Origin: an uncultured Gemmatimonadales bacterium
GTDB taxonomy: Bacteria > Gemmatimonadota > Gemmatimonadetes > Longimicrobiales > Longimicrobiaceae
Assembly (NCBI GenBank): GCA_963716255.1
Contig: OY970303.1
Location: 5,120,001-5,184,000 of the forward strand
Direction: 5' to 3'
DNA length: 64,000 bases
How positions within the stretch are numbered: the first letter of the stretch is position 1; each line of letters begins with the position of its first letter. The notes under the pieces were generated by a model that was given only the letters and a program-made list of their open reading frames with translations, was not told the DNA's origin and did no database searches. The position numbers were made by a program, and so were the translations under genes. Shown one piece after another: positions 57,218 to 64,000 of this stretch.

Positions 57218-58873
57218 GTGCCGACCATAACCGTCCTCAGCTGGAACGTCGAGAAGCTCGGCGAAGGCAAGACGACCAGGCTGGCGACGGACCCCAACCT
57301 GTCGGAGATCGTCCCGTTCATCGCCCTCGTGATCGCCCGCACGGGCGCCGAGCTGGTGGGGATCATGGAGATCAACGGCGGGATGGGCCCCCGCATCCGG
57401 GACTGGCTGGTCCGGCTCCTCAACAATGTGCCTGGCACCGTGGGCGCGCCGTGGCAGGGGCGCCTGAGCACCCGGCAGGACGGCGGCACCCAGGAGGAGT
57501 ACCTCTACCTCTGGAAGGAGCAGCCCGGCCGGCTCGTGCTGGACCCGGCCTCGTTCCCCAGCGCCACGTCGCTGATCGGCGTGGTGGACCGCAACCTCCT
57601 CGCGGAGTTCGCACAGCATCTGGCGTGGTCGCCGGCCCAGGTGGACCAGCTCCTCGACGCCCTGGCGGCCAGCGGGTACATCAACCACCCGTGGTTCATG
57701 GAGCGCGGCAAGCAGAAGCACACCGCCGAGTACCGGATGGTGCCCGTCCAGTGGAAGGCCCTCGCCGCGATGGCGGTGCCGGAGGTGGAGTTCGACCCGG
57801 CGCTCGCCCAGCCGCCGGCCGCGCTCCTGGGACCGGGCGGCGCGGTGGCGCGGCAGCATCTCGCCCAGATGCTGGTGGACGCCGACATCCTGCGCTTCCT
57901 CACCTACGGGGCCCGCTCGCCGTATCTCGCGAACTTCCTCGTGGGCAACCCCGGGAAGCCGCTCGCCACGGCCATCTACCACGCGCCGGGGCCGCAGGAG
58001 CAGATGTTCACCATCGGGCCCGCCATCAACACGATCGGGATGAGCCTGTCCCTCGCCCGGGCGGCCGCGGCGGGCAACGTGCTCGTGATGGGCGACTTCA
58101 ACGTGACCGCGCGCCAGATGAGCGAGCAGGTCGAGGTGTGGGGCCGCGAGAAGAACGGCCAGCCCCAGTTCTCCAAGGTGACGCCCGTCCAGCGGCAGCA
58201 GGTGTTCGCGCCCATCGTCGGGGGGACGCTGAACGCCGCGAACCTGATGAACGCGGGCGGCCAGGAACTGCGCACCACGTACGTCGGCCTCTACCAGGAC
58301 GACGCCACGGCGCCCGACGACGTGCTCCTCAATGCGTACGACAAGTTCTTTTTCCACGGCGGCGCACCCCCCGGCGGGCAGCCGATGACGCAGACGAACG
58401 AGGTGGAGGTGATCAATCTCGCCCTGTTCCTGACGGACCGCAGCGTCTACTTCGATGCGGACCTGGCGCGCTCGGCGCTGACGTTCTTCCGCGTCTTCTG
58501 CGGCGATGCGTCCCTGGACAAGGCGATCGACGCGCTGACGCGCAAGGAGAGCCGGGCGCGCCTGGCTCTCTACGCCGTCCAGGGAAGGCTGCGGAGGATC
58601 GACGACGAGATCGCCCAACAGAATGCCGCGCACGGACGGCGCCTTCCGTCCAGGAGCACGCTGACGTTGCGCCGGGACATGCTGGCGCGGAACGTGGCCG
58701 CCGAGCAGGCGAGGCTGAACGCCGCCCAGGCCCAGGTCGCCAACGCGCGGCTGATCCGGACCTCCCTCCAGAACGCGGCCACCGTGTTCGCCACGGGGAC
58801 GGGGTCCGCGGCCGCCATCCTCCGCGACGCAGTGAGCGACCACGTGCCCATCGTCGTCCAGCTCACCGCGTGA
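57218..58873 (+). CDS. Exonuclease-endonuclease-phosphatase (DNase I-like) protein with insertions
   Basis: TVLSWNVEKLG, GIMEI, EEYLYLW, RSPY, IYHAP, VMGDFN, YDKFF, VSDHVPI motifs in order; GTG start at 57218. Confidence 0.85.
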   Translation: MPTITVLSWNVEKLGEGKTTRLATDPNLSEIVPFIALVIARTGAELVGIMEINGGMGPRIRDWLVRLLNNVPGTVGAPWQGRLSTRQDGGTQEEYLYLWKEQPGRLVLDPASFPSATSLIGVVDRNLLAEFAQHLAWSPAQVDQLLDALAASGYINHPWFMERGKQKHTAEYRMVPVQWKALAAMAVPEVEFDPALAQPPAALLGPGGAVARQHLAQMLVDADILRFLTYGARSPYLANFLVGNPGKPLATAIYHAPGPQEQMFTIGPAINTIGMSLSLARAAAAGNVLVMGDFNVTARQMSEQVEVWGREKNGQPQFSKVTPVQRQQVFAPIVGGTLNAANLMNAGGQELRTTYVGLYQDDATAPDDVLLNAYDKFFFHGGAPPGGQPMTQTNEVEVINLALFLTDRSVYFDADLARSALTFFRVFCGDASLDKAIDALTRKESRARLALYAVQGRLRRIDDEIAQQNAAHGRRLPSRSTLTLRRDMLARNVAAEQARLNAAQAQVANARLIRTSLQNAATVFATGTGSAAAILRDAVSDHVPIVVQLTA

Positions 58874-58880
58874 GCAGCCC

Positions 58881-61800
58881 GTGACCGCCGCCGACCTCCT
58901 CGCCCAGCTCCAGGCGACCTTTCCCGCCGGGGCCACGTCGGGCACCTTCGACGCCACCCGGGTGGCCGGGGGCGAATACGCGCCCCTGCTCTCCGGGCTG
59001 GGCATCCCCCCCGCACTGCCGCTGACCTCGGCGCAGGGGTGGCAGACGGACGGCAGCGTGGTCACCCTGAGCGGCGCGGCCACCGTCCCCGTCCTCGGCG
59101 TGGAGGCGCCCGCCGTCTTTTTCCGCTTCACCCCCGACGGCGACGACTTCGTCCTCCTTCTGGACGTGGCGCTCTCGGCGGACTGGACGTTCCCGCGGTC
59201 GTTTCCGACGCTGGCGGGCGGCGTGTTCTCCGAGCTGCGGCTGGCCGCGCCCGCGGACGCCGCCCTGATCGTGGCCTCGGGACCCGCAGTGGATCCGCTC
59301 CGCGGCGGGCTCTCGGTGGACGCGGGGCTGAGCTTCACGGGGACGTTCGACGTGAGCTCCAGCGCGTGGTCGGCCATCGCGTGGATCGCGGCGGACGGCC
59401 ATCCGGGCGCCGTCACGGGCCCCGTCGGCTACGTGGCGGAGACGGGCGCGGTGGAGATGACGCTCCCCCTGGCCGTGGGGCGCGTCGCGCACCTGGTGGG
59501 GAGCACGGGGCCCGCGCTGGACCTGAAGCTGTCGCTCTACAGTGGGTTGGACGTGGGGCTCCGGCAGTACGTCTGCGGGGTGCGCTTCGACACCGTGCTG
59601 GAGATGGAGCAGGCGGGCGGGACGGCGGCGACGGTGGACTTCTTCGCCCTGCTCGCCACGCCGGCGCAGGGCGTCCTCACCCTCACGGCGGCGGCGAGCG
59701 CCCTCTCGTTCTCGCCCGGGGAGCTGGCGCGCTGGTTCGGGCCGCACCTGGACGTCTCCGGCTCGCTCCCGCCCGGCCTGGGCGACGGTGCGCTGGCGCG
59801 GGTGGACGCGCTCTCCCTGGGCGTGGGCCTGGTGAGCCGCACGCTGGAGTACGCCTACCTCTCCGTGAGCGCCCAGCCGGACAAGACGTGGGAGATCTGG
59901 CCGGGCGTGCTGGCGGTGGGCGACCTGTCGTTCCTGTGCGGCGTGTTCGGGCCGATGGGCGACGCGCCACGGTACTCGTACACGTTCCGCGGCCTGGTGC
60001 GGGTGGGGAACGTGCCCGTGCGCGTGCAGGGCCGGCTCCCCGAGCGGAGGCTGACGGGCGCGCTGGACGGGACGGGCGAGCCCCCCTCCGTCGCGGGCTT
60101 CCTCCAGGACGTGTTCGGCTTCACGGCCGGAGTCCCCGAGTCGCTGCGGGTGGCGGCGCTGGACTTCTCGCTGGACGCGGACCAGGGCATCTACTCGGCC
60201 GACGTGGAGATCGAAGGCTCGTGGCTGTTCGTCTTCGGCGACGACAACGTGCTGGAGTTCGAGGACCTGCAGCTGGGCGTGGGCTACTCGAAGGAGGGCG
60301 GGCCGTCGGGCACCATCACGGGTGTGTTCCGCGTGGACGTCCACGAGTTCACGGTGGAGCTCGACGTAGCGCGCGACAACCTCCGTCTCCGCGGCGCGTG
60401 GACGGACGACGGCGAGCCTCTCGACTACCTCCAGCTGGCCATCGTCCTGGGGATGTACGGCCTGGCGAACCCGCCCCAGGTGCTGGACCTGGCCTTCACC
60501 GGCGCCACTTTCCAGCTGGAGACGGCCGGCCCCTCGGTGTCCGTCACCGCCGAGACGGCGAAGTACGGCTCCGCCGCGCTGGTGGCGGGGCGCAACGCGG
60601 CGGGCGCGTGGGGCTTCCTCTTCGGGATGGAGGCGGCGCTGGACCTGGCCCTGAAACTCACCAACATCCCCGTGGTGGGCGACCTGGTGCCGGCGGGGCT
60701 GGACGTGATCGCGCTCGACGACCTGCGCATCGTGGCAGCCACCAAAGCGATCCCCATCTACACGGAGTCGCCCGAGCTGGCCGAGGTGTTGGGCGGCGAG
60801 GTGAGCAGCGGCGTGGCTGTGTCGGTGGAGATGCGCCTGGGGACGGAGTACCGGCGGCAGTTCTCCGTGCGCTTCGGCGGCGCGGACGACGGCGCCGCAT
60901 ACGACACGCCCCCGCCGCCGCCGGAGCTTCCTGAGGGCGAGCCGCCGCCGGTGGCGACGAAGCCGCCGCCGCTCCCTCCCCCGACTTCGGCGCCGCCCAC
61001 GGCCGCGCCGGGTCCGCAGTACAACTGGGTGGAGGTGCAGCGCGCCTTCGGGCCCGTGCAATTCCAGCGGATCGGCTTCAGCATCACCCCAGAGGAACGG
61101 CTGGCGGTGGCGCTGGACAGCTCCGTGTCGCTGGCAGGGCTCACGATCGCGCTCACGGGCCTCAGCGCCGAGATTCCCCTCGAAGCCCCCTATATCCCCA
61201 GCTTCGGGCTGACGGGGCTGGCCGTGGAGTACGCGGCGGCCGGGCTGGAGATCGGCGGCGCGCTGGTGAAGGTGCCCGGCCGCGACCCCGCCGAGTACTC
61301 GGGCGACCTTGTGGTGGAGGTGGAGCGCTTCGGGGCGATGGCCTTCGGCTCGTACACGACGGTGGGCGGCTCGCCGTCGCTGTTCGGGTTCCTGTTCCTC
61401 GACGTGGCGCTGGGCGGCCCGGGCTTCTTCTTCGTGACGGGCGTGGCGGGCGGCTTCGGCTTCAACCGTACGCTGCGCCTCCCCACCATCGACACCGTCC
61501 AGAGCTACCCGCTGGTGCAGGGGGCGATGGGCACGCTCGACGCCCGCGCCACCGTGGCCGCGCTGGACGAGTACATCCAGCCCGCGCCCAGCCAGTACTG
61601 GTTCGCGGCGGGGGTGCGCTTCACCTCGTACGGGCTGCTGCGCTCGTACGTGCTGGCCACGGTGTCGTTCGGCACGTCGGTCGAGGTGGGGCTGATGGGC
61701 GAGTCCACCCTCGCGCTCCCGCCCGCGGGCGGCGAGGAGGAGGAGGGCGCGCTGGCCCCCATCGCCGAGGCGGACCTGGTGCTGCTGGTGGACGTGGTGC

Positions 61801-63218
61801 CGTCGTCGGGCGTGCTGGCGGTGGCGGCGCAGTTGTCGCCCGCGTCGTACGTGCTGTCGAAGCAGGCGCACCTCACCGGCGGCTTCGCGTTCTACCTGTG
61901 GTTCCCGCCGTCGCCCCACGCGGGCGACTTCGTGGTGGCGCTGGGCGGCTACAACCCGTACTTCGACGCGCCCGCGCACTATCCCGCCGTGCCCCGCCTG
62001 GGGTTCACGTGGTCGCTCTCCTCCGAATTGTCGCTCACGGGGGGGCTGTACTGCGCGCTCACGCCGGGACTGGTGATGGCCGGCGGCTCGCTGAAGGCCG
62101 CGTGGAAGGGCGGGGGGCTGACCGCGTGGTTCACGGCCGAGGCGGACTTCCTCGTGCGCCTGCGCCCCTTCGCGTACGACGCGCGGGTGGCGGTGTCGGT
62201 GGGTGTCTCCTACACGCTGAACCTGGGCTTCACCTCGAAGACCCTCGCCGTGCAGGTCTCCGGCGAGGTGGACCTGTGGGGGCAGCCGTTCGGGGGGCGG
62301 GCGTGGGTGGACGCGGGTGTCGTCTCCTTCTCGTTCGACTTCGGGACGCCGCGGCCCGGCCCTGCGCCCGACCTCTCCTGGAGCGCCTTCCTCCACGCAT
62401 TCCTGCCGCCCGTCGCCTCGCCGGTGACGGCGCCGGCCACCACGGCCGCCGTGCAGATGGCTGCCTCGGAGGGCGCCCCGTCGCCCACCGCGACCGACTC
62501 GCTGGTGGCCATCCACGCGTCGTCCGGCCTCCTGGGCACGTTCACCGACGGCGGCGACTCCGTGTGGCGGGTGGACCCGGCGGCGCTCCGGCTGACGGTG
62601 ACCACGCAGGTCCCCTCGAAGACCGCCTCCGTGTGGACGGCGTCGTCCCCGGCGGTGGAGGGCGCGTGGAACACGGCGTTCGGCGTGGGGCCGATGGGCG
62701 CCGCCCCCGACGCCGTCGCCGTCAGGCTCGCGATCGCCCTGCTGCGCGGCGGCCGGCCCGACGCCGACGGCTGGAGCGCGGCGGCGGTAACGGGGAACGT
62801 GCCGGCGGGCGTGTGGCTCTCCACCGCGGCCAAAATGGACGCGCCGGCCACCGTGAACGGCGTGCTGACGGGGATCGAACTCGTCCCCGTCGTCCCGCCG
62901 CCGGACGCGACCGTTCCCGTCGCGACCTCCGCGCTGCTGGGCGACAACGCGCCGGTGCGGACGCTCGGCTGGTCATCCGTCGCGCCCCCTGCGAGCGACT
63001 CGTTCGACCAGGGCGCCGCGATGGGCGAGATGCAGCGCACCCTCGTGAACCCCTCCGTGAGCGCCGTCCGTTCCGGCGTCCTGCGCGCGCTCCGGCTCCA
63101 GGGGCTGACCACGGCCGAATCGGTGGATGTCTCCGGATTCGCCGCGATGGCGCCCGACCTGATGACGTCGCCCCCGCACCTGCGGCTGCTGGGCGAGACG
63201 CCCGCCCCTTCCGCGTGA
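58881..63218 (+). CDS. DUF6603-type large beta-rich protein
   Basis: W.EVQRAFGPVQFQRIG, LGGPGFFFVTGVAGGFGFNR.LRLP, W.AAGVRFTSY, HLTGGFAFY.WF...HAGDFVV.LGGY.P.F..P.HYPAVPRLG. Confidence 0.8.
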   Translation: MTAADLLAQLQATFPAGATSGTFDATRVAGGEYAPLLSGLGIPPALPLTSAQGWQTDGSVVTLSGAATVPVLGVEAPAVFFRFTPDGDDFVLLLDVALSADWTFPRSFPTLAGGVFSELRLAAPADAALIVASGPAVDPLRGGLSVDAGLSFTGTFDVSSSAWSAIAWIAADGHPGAVTGPVGYVAETGAVEMTLPLAVGRVAHLVGSTGPALDLKLSLYSGLDVGLRQYVCGVRFDTVLEMEQAGGTAATVDFFALLATPAQGVLTLTAAASALSFSPGELARWFGPHLDVSGSLPPGLGDGALARVDALSLGVGLVSRTLEYAYLSVSAQPDKTWEIWPGVLAVGDLSFLCGVFGPMGDAPRYSYTFRGLVRVGNVPVRVQGRLPERRLTGALDGTGEPPSVAGFLQDVFGFTAGVPESLRVAALDFSLDADQGIYSADVEIEGSWLFVFGDDNVLEFEDLQLGVGYSKEGGPSGTITGVFRVDVHEFTVELDVARDNLRLRGAWTDDGEPLDYLQLAIVLGMYGLANPPQVLDLAFTGATFQLETAGPSVSVTAETAKYGSAALVAGRNAAGAWGFLFGMEAALDLALKLTNIPVVGDLVPAGLDVIALDDLRIVAATKAIPIYTESPELAEVLGGEVSSGVAVSVEMRLGTEYRRQFSVRFGGADDGAAYDTPPPPPELPEGEPPPVATKPPPLPPPTSAPPTAAPGPQYNWVEVQRAFGPVQFQRIGFSITPEERLAVALDSSVSLAGLTIALTGLSAEIPLEAPYIPSFGLTGLAVEYAAAGLEIGGALVKVPGRDPAEYSGDLVVEVERFGAMAFGSYTTVGGSPSLFGFLFLDVALGGPGFFFVTGVAGGFGFNRTLRLPTIDTVQSYPLVQGAMGTLDARATVAALDEYIQPAPSQYWFAAGVRFTSYGLLRSYVLATVSFGTSVEVGLMGESTLALPPAGGEEEEGALAPIAEADLVLLVDVVPSSGVLAVAAQLSPASYVLSKQAHLTGGFAFYLWFPPSPHAGDFVVALGGYNPYFDAPAHYPAVPRLGFTWSLSSELSLTGGLYCALTPGLVMAGGSLKAAWKGGGLTAWFTAEADFLVRLRPFAYDARVAVSVGVSYTLNLGFTSKTLAVQVSGEVDLWGQPFGGRAWVDAGVVSFSFDFGTPRPGPAPDLSWSAFLHAFLPPVASPVTAPATTAAVQMAASEGAPSPTATDSLVAIHASSGLLGTFTDGGDSVWRVDPAALRLTVTTQVPSKTASVWTASSPAVEGAWNTAFGVGPMGAAPDAVAVRLAIALLRGGRPDADGWSAAAVTGNVPAGVWLSTAAKMDAPATVNGVLTGIELVPVVPPPDATVPVATSALLGDNAPVRTLGWSSVAPPASDSFDQGAAMGEMQRTLVNPSVSAVRSGVLRALRLQGLTTAESVDVSGFAAMAPDLMTSPPHLRLLGETPAPSA

Positions 63219-63225
63219 CCCGGCC

Positions 63226-64000
63226 ATGAGCGACCCGGACGGCACCCTCCCCGCCGGGGCGGACGTCACCTTCGTCCAGTACCTGCTGCCCCCGCTGCGC
63301 AGCGGCGAGGTGACCGTTTCCGCCGCGCAGATCGTGGAGGCGGCGGGCGCGGCGCAGACCTTCGTGACCTCGCAGCGGATGTCCGTGGCCGGCGCGCGGT
63401 ACCGGCTGGGCACCGACGACGTGGCCGGCGTCTTCCCCCCGCCGGGGAGCCAGGGCGAGTTCGCCGACGTCCTGCCGCACGTCGTCCTCGCGTCGCCCAC
63501 GCTGCCGTGGCAGCGCGCGGCGGACCCGGCGGCCACCCCGCCCGCGGCGGGCGCGCCGGTGGCCACGTGGATGGCGGTGCTCCCCTTCCGTGCGCTGGAC
63601 CCGCCGCCCGTGCCGCAGGCCGTCACGCTGGGCGAGCTGACGCCGTCGGGCACCGTCTTCTTCCCCCCGCGATCCACCGAGCCGGGCGAGAACGACGCCG
63701 ACCCGGTGACGGTGATCGACGTGCCCGTGGCGCTGTTCGCGGCGGTGGCACCCACGGCGGCGGACCTGGACTGGCTCGCGCACGTGCGCCGCGTGGACGT
63801 CCGCGCACGCCCGGCCGGCGACGGGCCGCCGCGCTCCGACTTCGGGGTGGTGATGGGGAACCGGCTGGGGCTGCCGGGGCAGGCGACGACGGCGGTTCTC
63901 GTGTCGCTCGAGGGATGGGCGCCGTACCTCCCCGCGAAGGACGGGACGCCGTCTCCCCATCTCCCCGAGCCGGCGGAGACGGTGCGGCTCGTCGTCCTCC
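63226..64000 (+). CDS. Conserved partner of DUF6603 proteins (partial, runs off the window)
   Basis: PPL.SG..TV...Q, FPPPG..G.F..VLPHVVL..PTLPWQR, WMAVL, LAHVR.V, VVMGNRL, LVSLEG motifs; open to the window end. Confidence 0.75.
   Translation, partial: MSDPDGTLPAGADVTFVQYLLPPLRSGEVTVSAAQIVEAAGAAQTFVTSQRMSVAGARYRLGTDDVAGVFPPPGSQGEFADVLPHVVLASPTLPWQRAADPAATPPAAGAPVATWMAVLPFRALDPPPVPQAVTLGELTPSGTVFFPPRSTEPGENDADPVTVIDVPVALFAAVAPTAADLDWLAHVRRVDVRARPAGDGPPRSDFGVVMGNRLGLPGQATTAVLVSLEGWAPYLPAKDGTPSPHLPEPAETVRLVVL

Noticed and set aside
56654..58873. HATPase-nuclease fusion protein (739 aa) suggested by the ORF track
   Set aside because: The HATPase part belongs to a frameshifted kinase relic, the linker is low-complexity, and the nuclease has its own GTG start at 57218.
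58863..62516. 1217-aa minus-strand ORF
   Set aside because: Antisense shadow of the DUF6603-type gene; Arg/Gly/His-rich composition.
1..64000. CRISPR array, rRNA, integrase or T4SS structural genes
   Set aside because: No regularly spaced direct repeats, rRNA-like sequence, tyrosine recombinase or VirB/VirD4 motifs were seen by eye in this window.

Overview
High-GC bacterial DNA; the protein families resemble those I recall from Gemmatimonadota/Longimicrobium-like genomes (inference, not verified). Five parts: (1) right part of a Tn3-family (Tn21-type) transposon (res, tnpR, tnpA, 38-bp IR ending at 3785) inserted into the 3' end of a HEPN-motif gene; (2) a mostly minus-strand plasmid/ICE-like backbone (~5.2-18.8 kb and ~31.4-56 kb) with a PRT/ComF-like protein, a Mom-like DNA-modification protein, SWIM/AP2/DUF1419-like proteins, two proteins carrying BID-like repeats, ParA plus partner, a methyltransferase-Strawberry-notch helicase, a PRTRC ubiquitin-like cassette lacking its JAB gene, a TOPRIM primase, RecQ and a DnaN; (3) a ~11 kb cargo island (19.7-30.7 kb) in which paralogous TPR-like proteins and REC-like/AraC regulators bracket an operon of two beta-propeller lipoproteins, a CxxC thioredoxin-fold protein, two secreted C-x-C-x-CC peptides and a Tat-exported flavin amine oxidase, plus a small G-aromatic-hydrophobic-G-x-G lipopeptide (a second, orphan family member at 47.4 kb). 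This island is the best candidate for an undescribed peptide signalling/secreted peptide system, and both full-length TPR genes share a 25-bp upstream motif; (4) relics (tRNA-Leu-like element, YVTN propeller fragment, decayed histidine kinase) and a glycoside hydrolase-ChW lipoprotein; (5) the start of a DNase-I-like nuclease / DUF6603 / partner operon running off the right edge. All family calls come from motif reading, not database searches.
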